Below, one piece after another: positions 1 through 13,161 of a stretch of 64,000 bases of DNA. Both the position numbers and the translations under genes were made by a program. Under the pieces are notes generated by a model. It saw nothing but the letters and a program-made list of their open reading frames with translations. It searched no databases and had not been told where the DNA came from. The stretch is from Oopsacas minuta (taxonomy: Eukaryota; Animalia; Porifera). Numbering within the stretch: the stretch's first letter is position 1; each line of letters begins with the position of its first letter. The DNA is taken from NCBI GenBank assembly GCA_024704765.1, contig JAKMXF010000099.1:486419-550418 (forward strand), in the 5' to 3' direction.

Positions 1-1476
1 TACGTATATTTTACAAAATTATTCAAAATCAGTATTAAAATGTGGATTAGAAAATGTTTTGCAATAACAATCAGCAAATCAAATTTTTTTTTCCGCAGGG
101 CTGTGTAATATAAGAATTAACAATGCCAGCTTCAACCCATTCTTACCTGTGGTACTGAAAGAGGGCGTTATTTTAGATACTTCTGTGTTGATTTGTACTA
201 GTTTTCTGAGCTGTAAAACTACATTTTGATTCAATTTCATAACTTAGACATTTGATTTACCTTAGCATTCTATACATAAAGCAATTAATACTTTTTATTG
301 TATATTTACATAGGAAAGTCAATTAGTTTCGATGATATCAAAATGTTGTATGTTTCCCAAAAAATGTATTATTGATACTATTGTATTTCTAATAATCTGA
401 TGAACTCGCATTGAATGTATGTATTCATATTTTGTATAACTATGGATTGGAACAGAAAACCTATTATCAGCAAACGTAAAATTATGGCTATTAATACTTA
501 ACATCTATAGCTAAATTTATTTTCCTTTTTTTTCTATTCCATGGCCTTGGGAAACGTTCCAGGTGGGGCAGATTTCAACCAAACTAACCTGGTAATATAG
601 ATAATATTTGTCAGCCGACCAACATTGGTGGATAATATAATTTTATAGGTCATCTTGATCAATTGAAAACAGTTTTTACGCATGTATAAATTGATTTACA
701 TAAATTCAGAGCTGTTCGAAAATGTTAAATTATTGACCAAAACGATGAAGCTTAGGAATAAAATATTTACTTATTAATTGGCAGCATGCATTACCGAAGA
801 GATACGATTAAACATAACCTTATCCTCTTAGAACAAATTGGGGCATTTCGCTAATCAAAGAAAAGACATTGACAACACTGTAAAAGTATACTTACAAAAA
901 TCTCGCTTGGCACGAGAATATTGGAAATTAAACGTTCTAATAATCCTATTATTGATAGTTAAAAATTTACACAAACCATATCATCCAACTATTTCCGGTT
1001 TGAAATGACGTCTTCTTTGGTTAAAAAGGAAAATGTTGTTTATTTGGAGCTACAAGAGGCTTATTTTCAAACATTCTCTCGGAGGCCACTTCTCCTTGAT
1101 CCAATGCTGTATTCTATCTCTACTGTCTCAGGAACAATGAAAAACAGTAATCCTGGCGCCGCGCATCTTACCCTTAATATTATGTAATCTCACCCAACCA
1201 TCAGGGATGTATCTTGTATTGATTTACGTACCTAATTATTATTTTCGAGTATTATCCTAAGCAAATGTCTCCATCTTATTCATATACGCAAAGCACAAAG
1301 TCAGTCTGAAAATTTTCCAAACCAAATAAGTATTCCGCAGTTATGAGAAATTGTATCAATATTCAAACCTACGTGACAGTAGAAAGGTAATTAATGTGGT
1401 AGCAATTATAGCTTGTTGTCCAGGGTCTACGCCCCGACTCCACTGGAAGACTTACAGCGCCCCCAGACCCCCAATC

Positions 1477-1670
1477 AGGGTATTATCAGACGTATGCGGC
1501 GCTCCTACAGTCGCATAAATTTAGGGAATATATGTCTAGGCGTACGAATGTTTCTTTTTAGGCGTAAAAGCTCCTACGTATATAGTAATACAAAATGTAT
1601 AGTCTAGGCGTATAGAATGAAATAGAATCCATTTCTAGACGTATGGTCCTGAGAACCTGGATGAAACCCT
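1477..1670. mobile_element. ~190-bp MITE-like repeat, copy 1
   Basis: Imperfect TIR AGGGTATTATCAG / CTGGATGAAACCCT; clearly homologous copy at 48011-48200 (shared AAAATGTATAGTCT.GGCGTAT...AGAATCCATTTCTAGAC.TATGG.CC.GAGAACCTGGATGAAACC). Confidence 0.7.
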
Positions 1671-2794
1671 ACCCCCAACTGCTGTGACGTCGTGTTATAA
1701 GTGACTGGGGGACCTAGCTCTAACATAATTACTCCAAGGGACCAGAAAATCAAACTAAACTAAGTTTTTGTTATCAAAACTTAACTCTACCCTGGTGCAG
1801 ACTTAACTTCAAAAAATTTCATTTTATTGGATTGAAATAATTTTACAAGTATATAGGATAAATATCCAGGTCCACTAGAATTGACGAATCTAGATGTTAT
1901 ATCGGTTTTTGTTACAAAGAAACGTGTTAGATATGTACTTCAAGTAAAGACAGCTCTACTTTAAGGAAAATATACTGAAAATGGTCAAATTAATTTCAAT
2001 CTTTCGAAAAAATGGTGTCCGGTTGACGGAGGTGCCCATATCTCGGAGGTTCTGATAAGAGAGGTTCGAGTGTATATACATTTCGAAGTTATGACATGCT
2101 TATGTCATAACTTTGAAATGCATGTACACTCCGAGATTGGAACAATTATATGCTTCTAATAATATATACAATTCAAATTCGATTTGGACTTAGAATTTGA
2201 TTTTATTTAGAGACATAATCATTGACATTTAATTGTCAAGGTTATACGATAGTTAGAATGCAATATTCATGGAAATTTGCAAATGTAAATCTGCTCCAAA
2301 GTAGGCTCAACATTTACTTATACTTAATTTTTTGTCCAAACCAAAAATTATTCTAAGTTTAAGTTTAAGAAGTTAGTGAATAAACCCCCAGAAATTATAC
2401 TTCTCATAAAAGAAAAATTAATGATCAAATGTTTGCGAATTGAACCTTTTAGGATAAAAATATCCAAGGAAAAATTAGAGTACTTAAAAAGTTCAGACGG
2501 CCTTCACTTCGTTTATGCTCAATTAAAAATATGACGAAATGTTTTGTAATTTTCGTATTTCTTTGGAATAATGTCTTCTACAAATGAGTTTCTTCTGAGA
2601 AAGCTGAGAAAATGTTCAAGTTGATAAATGCGAACATTAATGCATAATAGCTCCTAAATTAGATAAAGGATGGCCGTTCGAACTATCTAAGTATAAATTT
2701 ATTCCTTGAGTATATATACCCAAGCCTACAAAAGATAAGGCCTGAGTCGATTTTCACTGAACCAGAGATAAAAGGATGTAGATATATTTTGATG

Positions 2795-4556
2795 GGAAAT
2801 TCCATAATCGTCGATCATATGAAACTGGTACATTTTCAACCGGATAAATGTATTATTGATATGCAAGAATTCACAAAAGCTACATTTGTTTCGATTTAGA
2901 GCTCGAAGTTATGTCATCTGTTAGCGAAATTGGCAAATATGTATTAAAAATGTACCATCTTGAAACCATGTGTAACGTTAATTATTAAGCTATGTTGAAA
3001 ATGTTGAAATACAAAATGCTCTAAAACAGTTTCTGTACATTATCTAAAAATTTGTCATGATAAAATTCCAACGTTTTGAGTTTATCGCAAGACCATGGAT
3101 GCATGTATTTTGTTAATATCCTCTTATAACTAAATAATCGCGGAAATTAGGGCCAAATCAGGATAGCCATTTATAGAATACACCCAACTTCCGATACCCT
3201 TGTAATATATCTTGATATGATATCTCACAAGATTATTCCGCAATCTCAAAAATGACCATATATAGCAGGGGTTTTCAACCTTTTCCACCTTACGCCCCCA
3301 CTTGTAGATGTCGGAATACTCACGACCCCCTAATAACGAAACGAAATTTTTTATTAGAGCTTGTACTTAATATGACATACAATCACACATACATAATTAT
3401 GAATGAAATATTTCGTTTATATGCTTAATGTCAAGGTTGAAACTGTTTTCTTTTTTCAATAAGTTGAGAAATTCTTGGCTCAGTTTAGAAAGACAGCATC
3501 TCAAATCATGTTCAACAATTTTAAATAGCCTTCGGAGTAAGTTCGCGTTTTAATGTTGCTTTTCCAGCCATCTTGACAGTTGCTTTTGAAAGCTGGATTT
3601 CGTAAAATTGAAGTACTAAGATAAAATGAGAAATGTCAAGGGATATACGTAAACAAAATATACCTAATTGGAGTATTTATAGACTTAACTTGTGAAATAT
3701 CCATGTATAGTCAGTATGGAAATGATTTCTAATGTTTTCTATTGTTGAAATTAAGTCTAGCCACCTCAAGTTCCAATGCTATGATGCCAGTATCGTCATG
3801 AAATACAATACCAATGTCATATATACGTAAGTACAACCATTGTACATGAGGTGAAAGCACATTGCGCGTATATAGCATGTACATTGCACATAGCAATGCA
3901 CACGCAATAGACTGACAATGCATTTTGAATTCAGCTAAAAGTTGATAATTTAAACAATTTTTGACTTGTTAATCGGTAAATATTAATTATGTTTTGTAAA
4001 TTATCTGAACTTTTTGCGGCCCAACTAGAAAGCCTTCGCGCCCCCCTGGGGGTCACGACCCCTAGGTTGAAAACCCCTGATATATAGGCATATTCATGAT
4101 TACGTCATAAGGGTAAGAGATATCATATCAAAATATATCACAAGGGTATGGGAAGTTGGGTGTATATTATAAAATGGCTATCCTGTTTTGACCATAGTTT
4201 TCACGACTATTTATTATAAGTGTATATTGGACAAACATGTGACATCCATGGTATGTGCGATAACTCAGAAACTTGCGAACTTTATCATGAAATAATTCTT
4301 ATATTTTGTACAGAGGCTGTTTTAGTTAATTTTGTAATTCAACATTTGAACGTAGATTAATAATTCACGTTACACATGGTTGCAAAGATTGAGCCTTATA
4401 ATACATACTTGCCAATTACGCTAACGGATGACGTCATTTCGCTCTGAAAATTTTCGCAAGTGTAGCTTTTTGAATTCTTACATATTAGTGATACATATAT
4501 TCTGGTGAAAATGTACCAATTTCGTATGGTGATATTCATCGGGTGTGTTTCTCCCC
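2795..4556. repeat. Foldback (long inverted-repeat) element; arms ~2800-3230 and ~4110-4545, interrupted in the loop by a hAT
   Basis: Arms are reverse complements along their length, e.g. GAAACTGGTACATTTTCAACCGGA vs TCTGGTGAAAATGTACCAATTTC and ACACCCAACTTCCGATACCCTTGT vs ACAAGGGTATGGGAAGTTGGGTGT. Outer limits approximate. Confidence 0.8.
3266..4079 (-). mobile_element. Internally deleted hAT (Charlie/Buster) element
   Basis: 16-bp perfect TIR CAGGGGTTTTCAACCT; perfect 8-bp TSD ATATATAG (3258-3265, 4080-4087); minus strand ~3430-3520 reads as the Buster C-terminus (EHDLRCCLSKL...PRISQLIEKRKQFQ with a frameshift). Confidence 0.9.
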
Positions 4557-4716
4557 TTACTTATTCGATCGGACACCAAGAGCCACTATTTCACACTGTT
4601 CAAACATTTGTCTGGACTCTAGCAAAGTTTTATGAAAGCAAAGGTCCCATAATTTTTATAACTTTTTGAAGCGGAAAAAATGCTGCACCTTTCTACACTT
4701 CCAGATTTTTATATAA

Positions 4717-5097
4717 CAGAGGGTGCCGGTTATAAGAACATCGTCGGGAACTGGACATAATGTTCTTATAACCTGTATGTAGTAATTTGTGAGTGCCAGT
4801 TATGAGAACACTTCATTTAAACAGATTTAGATGTAGGAACAAATATGGAAAACTGTTCTCATATCCTTTATATATTTTATGCAAATTCTGCGAACATAAA
4901 GGTAATAAGAACTTAGAGACTACTACTCTAAAAGTGTTCTTATAACTGGAATAAGTTATATTGGGTGTATGGCAACCGTTTCCAAGTAAAATATTCTTAT
5001 AACGGCATGGAATGTTCTTATGTTCGATAAAAATTTCATGGAGTAGAATACAAATGACTCAGTAACAAAAAAGTGTTCTCATAACCCGCATCTACTA
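4717..5097. mobile_element. pogo/Tigger-type MITE
   Basis: Imperfect TIR CAGAGGGTGCCGGTTATAAGAAC / GTTCTCATAACCCGCATCTACTA; many internal TTATAAGAAC / GTTCTTATAAC motifs in both orientations. Confidence 0.65.
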
Positions 5098-5150
5098 TAT
5101 TTACAGTTTTTTCGCAAATCTAATTTCAAAATATCCATTTTATTGCAATA

Positions 5151-5879
5151 CAGTGGAAGCCGCTTAATCGGGACAGCTCGAGAGTCAATGTTTTGTCCCG
5201 ATTAACCGATTATGATTATTGAAGTATTCAAAACTAGTTTTTCATTGTCACATTACCACATATATCTTATTTCTCTATTACTAATCCTGATTTATCTAGG
5301 TCTAGTAGAGATTTGGTTGTAGTATGCGTATAGTTCCGCTTCAAGAGGTCATAGAATGCGTTACGATATATACTTAAAAAGTAAGAAAATATAGTTTAAT
5401 AATTATGCATGTGTTAATTACCGCAACCCATGCAAAACGTTTGGATATCCAACAGTGTGGTCATTATTGAGGGAATTATACACGGTGGAATAGCCTCTTG
5501 AACCTGAGGCGAGTGGGCAATGTTAATAATCTTAGTTTAGTAAATGGTAATCGCATCGGTGTGGTGTTGTTATAGGTTGTAGAGAATATTCAAATTCCTA
5601 GTTTTACAACAAACCATTTTACAATGATTCTGAATAAATATACAATCGTTAAATTGGGATAGAAATCCCAATTAAGCGAATACAATTAATATCCGGTTAA
5701 TCGGGATAAGAAATCCTGAATAACCGATTATGAACTTACAAATATTCGGGTAATCGGGATAAAAAATCCCAACTAACCGATTCGATGTCCCAATTATCCG
5801 ACAATTTTTCTATGTAAAATATCCGTTCCCAAACCATTGTCCCGTTTAAGCGGATATCCCGATTAAGCGGCTTCCACTG
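5151..5879. mobile_element. pogo/Tigger-type MITE with TA TSD
   Basis: Perfect TIR CAGTGGAAGCCGCTTAATCGGGA, TA on both sides, subterminal TAATCGGGATA/TAACCGAT repeats, no coding capacity. Confidence 0.9.
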
Positions 5880-5881
5880 TA

Positions 5882-6781
5882 CATGCAACAATATTAAGCA
5901 AAGGAACTTCTTTTTCTTGGAAAACTATTCGACACTTTGAAAATTGATTCATGTTTTGATTCTGTTACAAGCGTTCTAGCAAAGAGCATTTCTTGAACCA
6001 ACTCTTCCCGTTGAATGAATCGGGCATATACAAGAAGTAGCGATTCGTGTCCTGGAAGAGTAGATTCGTCAATTTGAATTGAAAATTCCTTAGTTCCAAG
6101 TATGTCACATATTGAATTTTCGACACCAGTACACATCATATTTATCCGCCTCGCAATCGTATCATTGCTTGGAGGAATGGACTGTATTACACTTCAACTA
6201 TTTCCATGCACGACGGTAGTCACTACTTCTTTAATTGCGGGAAGAATGAGTTTTTACCAAGAGTATGTGGCCCTCTATGTTTTAGCAATTAATAGCGAAA
6301 TGTTCTATAACTCAGCCAAGCCATCCACATTTTCATTGTACACTTTCCAAGGATCCCACCCATCGTTATGTGATTGTTTTGCAGGTTTTTGAAGAAATCA
6401 ACATCCTTATTTGACTTGTCGCCATGCCGTGATTTTAAATGAAGAATCATCCTTGAAGGCTTCATTCCTTCGTTAGAAAATACATGCTCTCATAGAAACA
6501 CGTTGGCAGCTGCTCATTGCACTGTGATTTCCCATCCCTTATTTGATATATTCAGTGCCATACTGTCTACACTTCTTTTAAAATTTATTATTGTTTATTA
6601 ACACTGATTATTGGTTATTCATTTAAGAATATCCTGTTACAACTTATAGTTCGATCTTTGTCGATGGTTTCGTAATAAACCCCGTGTCGCTGCCCCCAGC
6701 GCCCCCTTTGCAGTATCGCCGCCGATGATTATTCTTCCAATGCCATCTAGGGGGCTCTACGGTCCAATTTGAGAACCACTG
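5882..6781 (-). pseudogene. 5' part of a hAT Buster/Charlie (ZBED5/SCAND3-like) transposon, truncated at the Tigger MITE
   Basis: Terminus CAGTGGTTCTCAAA (6768-6781, minus); broken reading gives KCRQY...FSNEGMKPSRMILHLKSRHGDK...LILPAIKEVV...SNDTIARRI, then ORF 5894-6139 FSIQIDEST...LLVYARFI...EMLFARTLVTES (first catalytic D region). Confidence 0.85.
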
Positions 6782-9700
6782 GTGTATATGAATGCCCTGT
6801 AATGTTGAAACTTGAAATCCACATCCGCATCCGCTGACGTTAAAGTTCCATACGTTTGAGTAGTCGCTCCAGTATGTTTAAGAGAATTTTCCCCCTAGCA
6901 ACACAGAAACGTTCCAGACCTGTAGCAATATTCCATTCTCATATTTTGTCTTAACTCTGTCAAGAGAACCCTTGTTCGAAACCGCTAGGCTACAGCTGAG
7001 TCCATTTTAACACGATTTCACAAGATCGCCCTCTGTGGTCTCCTAATTTCAATCGACTTTTTGCATGTTTTTACTGAAAAATGGTTAAAATTTCAATTTG
7101 AATCATAGGCGGGGGAAGCAGATTACTTGGGCTAAGCGAGAGAATTGCAATGGAGCCGGTGTCCTGGGTGGCTAGCTGCCCAGAAAACAGTTGACCTCTA
7201 TATTCTCGGACTTTTGTTTAGCTTTTACTTCTCATACTTATACGAAGAAGCGATGAACAAGTTCTTGTTTACACTTCCATGAGATTGTTTATTTAATTTT
7301 ATTGTACCTAGCAATAGCTAATTATAGTCCATAGGGTTATCAGGAACAATTTGTTGTAATGAAGAAATAGAATATTGGAGTAACATTATGACAATATTGG
7401 ATGCATACACGGGTCCAGGACTGATTTATTGGGGGTGCAGGGATAATTATTAATATGGCAGTATGAACAAATTAGAAATTCAAACTTACTGATAATCTAT
7501 AGTTACAGGAATGTTGGTGGTATTAAACACCGAAATTTCTGATTAGCCACCAAAAATCATTGGCTGGTGGTTAGGTTCAGCAACAAAATTTATTTATTAT
7601 TTACCGATACAATGTTCTAGGGCGTACTTAATCACTAACGTAATTCCCATTATAGAGGCTTGAATGAATACGCGTTCGGGTAATATTAAAGGAAATACGG
7701 CACAGTTCAACTTCTAAAAGGGGGATATTTTGTCCGACATTCGTATATTTGCATTGCATCGAACCTCTATTAGTGAGGAATTGTGAATGAGGGGTACTAA
7801 AAGATTAATAATACCTTCCAAGTTCCAACAGTAACATTTGCCTCTAAATAGGGAAATTCGAAGTGAAATATTCTATTATTATCTATTTTTGGGCTACATT
7901 TGATCAATTGAAATCTTTGGATTTCTCAGGAAAGAATTCCCTACAAAGTTTTATTTTCAACCGAAATCCTTGGGAGATAGTATAAAAAATCAATTCTCAT
8001 ATAATATACTCTCTTTCGAGAAAGTAGCTCTGCAAATTCACTCGAAACATTCTCGTAAAAGGATGATTGTTTTCGGAATTATAAGTTGGAATGGTGGGAT
8101 GCCAGAAGTCTCGCCTTCCCAACTATACTCCTTATAAAGGTTCTACTATATATCCAATTTGAGAAATTAAATATTGGTCAAGAGATATTTTGGAGGTGCC
8201 CACCCTCCTGCACCCTCGGTGACCCGTGCCTGATTAGGGGCATATCACACTAAATGTCGAGGACAATTGGATGTTTCATAATATCTACGTTATGGTTGAA
8301 AATCAAATTCAAAAGTAGAAGCGAGCTTAGCGAGCGACAAAAATTTTGATGTTCAAGAGCACGATAAATCTAGGGAATTTCCTTGCATCCATATATTAAC
8401 TGTCAAGGGTTGAAAAGTATGCATGCATTATATAATTGTTCCTGGGAATTATTCAAATATTCACTATCTCAATTATGCACTAAATAGTGATCCTATCAGC
8501 TAAATGCCCATAGATCTTATTCTATAATATAACTGTTGCATCCCACATTCATAATCCTAAATATTTGATCATTACGTAATTATCTGCAAATAATACAAGA
8601 ATTTAAAAAATTATTCTTGAGCCCAGGGTAATTCCATATTTCCATCTGTTCTCAAATAATGTTCTTTCTATTTTTATATTATGAGCGAGCCTAGCAGGCG
8701 ATCTAAATTTTCTATGGTTCAACCTGGCTCTTAAATCTTTAGAGGAACTATCCACTGTACAAGGAATTCCGAAAACAAGCATGTGAACTAGATATTTCAA
8801 AACGATATGGGGATATGACGCATCTCATACCACTCCCGACTTAAAGATTGAAATCCTCTAGCCACGCGAGATGTTAATTATTTTTTAGTGAAATGTAATT
8901 TTCATAAATGTCCATATCACCAAATTATGCATCTAGAATTTCTGTATCGAATTCTGACTTTTAGGTGGGTAAATTCATGGGAGTTATGACTCTAAAATTT
9001 TACCAATCCTGTAAATAAAATTATAAAATCAAAGCATATTGCATAAAACACCCCAACTCTCCTCTTTCCAATGATACAAATTTCATTTAAATCTAATGAG
9101 TATAAGTGAGTCAAATTATTGACTGAAGTGACCCTGGTCGAATAGTCTGCTAACTTAGTCACACTCGTAATGGTTTACTAGTTTAACCAGGTTATTTGGC
9201 TTTGCGGGCTCTTTGCCTCTTTTTCCGTACATTTTGGGGGGCAAAAAACGATTTCGGCTATATCAATTTCCAGTGTAAAGAGTATAAATATGACACTTCC
9301 AAATGTTTAAAATAGCAGGCCAAAGAAGCATAAAAGGCAGCGGCAGGACAAATGTTTAAATGTAGGACTGTCTTGCCAAATATAGGACGTCTGGCCATCC
9401 TAAAAGAATGCTAATTGATTGGAGGAGATTATTTTAAGATATGGGAAATATATATGACTTTATTCCAACTTCAAGTCACTAGAATACAAATATTCATATA
9501 TGAGTTAGGACGGTATAATTTTGATAGGATACTAAGAATATATTTTTCTAGCCCTTTGAAGGTAAGTTTGTTATCACCTATTCCAGTGATTTCAAACCTT
9601 TTTAATACATGGACCACGTATTACCAAAAATATTTCGGTGCATCCCACCACTAGGTCTACGTAAGTATGCTAAATCTTTTACGAATACGATGTTTTATCT

Positions 9701-10707
9701 CGCCAACAAACAATATCTATTTAATATTATATCATTCCACAAGGGTTTATTATTGGTGGCTCTAAATCCATATACAAACATAGCCAATGCGTATATACCA
9801 AACTTTAGTCACTTAAGTATGGCCTAGCTTAGAACGATTATTGGTGTGCAACGCATATTTTGGGGTACACAGATATGTTTTTGAAATGTTTGCATGCGTC
9901 TTACAAATATTCAGTGGTCTTAGTCAAATTTAGGTGCCCAGTCACCCCCAGGCCCCCCCGTGACTACACCCATGCACTCAATTCAAGATAATTACTGATA
10001 CTCTTATGTTCTATTTCGGATCTTCGGGTTACTGTTCAGGGATAAGCATCCAACTTTCGCCCGTTGGGCGTATAGGCTCACCTTTCGATTGATTTTGTGC
10101 ATTACTCCATTGAGGATCTATTTTGAATTCCTTTGCCCTTAAGGTTTTTGTTTCACTTTGAGAATGAGAATCACAAGCTAATGAAATCTGCTTATGCTAG
10201 TAATTGTTGTACATTCCCGTGTTGCAGTTCACGCAACTTCCTTCCGCTAGCCTTACCTGAGTTTAGGTGCTAGAATATTATATTTCGAGATCAAGACTAG
10301 AAATAAACATCACCTATATAATCAAAATTTATTGCATATTTTTTGATGTCATTTACATTATTGATGATATAGGTCAGATTTAGTGATCATCTAGGTAGGT
10401 ATAGGTCAGCGGTTCACAACCTAGGATATGTGAACTCCTTAGGTGTGTACGAGCCATTGTTTGGGGCTGCACGCAGTATAATATAATGTACCCTTTCAAC
10501 GAAGAATTGCAGGATTTATCCTGCACATCATTCAAGCCAGGGTGATATGTAACATTAACTGTGATAATACATCTATTGTCCATGAAAAATATATGCTTCA
10601 ATTGATACGAATAGCAATCTTCTTCTATTGTCATGCGGATATTGTAGCGGGTAACTATATCAACTGGCGGATCCAGGTGAAGGGGAATATATTCACCACC
10701 ACTCATG

Positions 10708-12028
10708 CAGAGTGACACAAAAGTTCTGCAACAAAATTGAAATATTTATTGAATACATAAAAGATAAGTAACAACTCTAAAGGTTGACTAAGAATAGTAA
10801 ACTATAATTAATTACATAATTTCAATACAGTTTGATTCTAGTTCATTTCAAATCTATTCCCTCGGGCCTTCAGACAACTTCTCACTCTGTCTGGGAACAA
10901 ATTACAGGCCCGAGGTACTTCATCTTGGGCTATTTCAGACCAAACTTTGGACAAAGTCCGTTTAAGTGCTGGAATATTATCCTATGCTCTATTATTCAAT
11001 AATTCCTCTAATCTCGCCATAAATAATAGTCGCAAAGGTTAGATCTGAACTTGCAGGAGGTCAATCGATACGGGATAAAAAGCCTGGTAAATTCGTTGAC
11101 AACCAATCTTGTAAAACTTTCGCTGTATGGGCTGGTGCACCATCCTGTTGGAATACCCATTGCGTGTTTTTCATGAAGGTTGAACTGATAGGAAGAACAT
11201 ATTTCTTCAAAATTTTGTTCATGTGCAAATCGGTATTAATTTTTAATCTATCTGGCATGAATACTAAGGGGTTTTTCCCTTTGCTGAGATTCCTGCCCAA
11301 ACCACAATGCTTTTAGGGTGTTGTGTTTCCTGGACATTCCGAAATTGCTCTAGGATATCCTTTCGTGTAAGGGCATAAACACACGAATTTTGGAGTTGTA
11401 CTTTTCCTCTTTACAGAATTTTTTTCGTCTGAAAAGAAAATTGTTTCATAGTTAACAATTTTGAGCCAGGCCTGCAGTTTTCGGCATCTTTATATCCTCT
11501 TTGAAATAGTTTGGGGATTAAGAGACTCTACCCTTATTCGTTTGAAACATTTTATGCCTATATCCTTATGAATTATTCACCGAACAGATTCTCTGTCAAT
11601 CCTGACTTTTGCGGTGACCTTCCGGGTGGACATTGTCGGTCGATGGTTCAAATTCTGCCGAATCCTCTTCTTGTTAGCAGGCGTCCTGACCGTGCGTGGT
11701 CGCCCTGATCGTTGAAGATTTGTGATCTTTCCCGTCTCGTTATAGCGTTTAATTGTTCGAGATATAAAAGATCGTGTGTATTTGGTTGAACCAAGGGTTC
11801 TTAGTATCTGGCTTTGCTTTTTAACATTGAGAAATAATTGAACAACAGCAGAGCGCTTTTGTTGAAATTCTGATACTCCAAACATAATGATACTGAATGA
11901 TCAAATATAGTAGGAGCTATAATATAATAGTGTGTTAACTGGATATACATAGTAGAACTAAGATTTGAATTAGGGTTTACTATTAAATAATAAACTGAAT
12001 TTTGTTGCAGAACTTCTGTGTCACCCTG
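10708..12028 (-). mobile_element. Tc1/mariner DD37D (maT-type) transposon, pseudogenised
   Basis: ~30-bp TIR CAG(A/G)GTGACACA(A/G)AAGTTCTGCAACAAAAT; TA at the right end; ORF 11577-11885 HTH (RSGRPRTVRTP); FFFSDEK; ORF 11061-11300 WVFQQDGAPAH followed, across a stop and frameshift, by WPPASSDLNLCDY with 37 residues between the last two Asp. Confidence 0.9.
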
Positions 12029-12368
12029 TAGGCGCAGTTAAGGGTTTGATAGGGGTTGTTGGTAACCCCTGGACTACAGTCAGCAACCCCATGATTAATG
12101 TGGATGCAAGCACTCTGTATGATTGGGGTTGCTAGCAACGCTTATGCTCCCACCAGGATACTCATGCATGATCTGGAATGATAGGGGTATTTATTATCGT
12201 TTTAATACATTGGAGTGTTGTTCAATTGCTAACAGTAAATTTTGGCTGGCTTCGCTCGCATCTTCCCTAAGGGTTAGATATATATGTCTAATTCGTACCC
12301 TATAGTATTGTCAGTTTCCAACTCATATACGTACCCACAGATTGCCATCCAATATACTAGTCCAGTAG

Positions 12369-13161
12369 TAGGGCATTAGGATCTTTTAATCAAAGATCGT
12401 ACGATCGGAATCTAGATCCTTTTTAGCATCGGAAGAGGATCGTCGATACATTTGAAAAAGTAGGATTGTGAGGGATCGGATCGATAATTTTCTGAAAAGC
12501 TCCGATCCTTACAAAAATCAACAAGTAATAGTAATATATTCTTAATTAAGACTGACTAACCTGCACAAGTTGTTAGTAACGCGAAAATCTCAATTCAATT
12601 GATACTTCTATTAAATTAGCTCAATGAACCACAATCCAAGGGAAGATTAGAATAACAACGATAGTCCAGACCTGTTTTCATACATATCAGTTGTTTAACT
12701 TTATGTATTTCTCAGATTGTATATAATGTGGGATTTACAAATACATAGTCTTCCCAACGTTTTTCTGACAACAATTGCTTGCAAATAACTGTTAGTAAAT
12801 ACGTGCCGGTTTCGGCAGTATGTAGGATCAAAGTTGTTACTATATTCTAACAATATTTACGTATAGAAGAGTGACTCAACCACCTACATATAATCACTAG
12901 AATATACATAGTAACTCTTTTTGAAATGATGTACCACAAATGTATGTATAACTACATAAATAATCATATCAAAACTTAGTCGCATTATTCAGCTATAGTA
13001 TTAAAATATGTATTTCGAAAAACGGATCATCAAATAGAAGACATTAATTAGATCGTAGATCCTTTGAGAATTTAGAATCGGAACCGAGAACCTCGATCAT
13101 AAATTATCCTGGATCGGGATCAGGATCTAGATCCTTTAATTGACGATCGTCTAATCACCTA
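12369..13161. mobile_element. Non-autonomous hAT (Ac-like) element with GATC-rich subterminal arrays
   Basis: TIR TAGGGCATTAGGATC / GATCGTCTAATCACCTA; dense GATC/GGATCG motifs in both subterminal regions; degenerate 8-bp TSD TCCAGTAG / TCGAGTGG. Confidence 0.75.

Noticed and set aside
7405-8235. Possible TIR element CACGGGTC...GACCCGTG with GGGGGTGCAGGG motifs
   Set aside because: Only ~8 bp of exact inverted match and no TSD found.
9179-9402. hAT-Tip100-like end AGGACGTCTGGCCATCCTA
   Set aside because: One convincing terminus only; partner end and TSD too degenerate.
10408-10707. hAT-like terminus CAGCGGTTCACAACCT and a 112-aa minus ORF
   Set aside because: No matching second TIR or transposase motif; the ORF has no recognisable homology.
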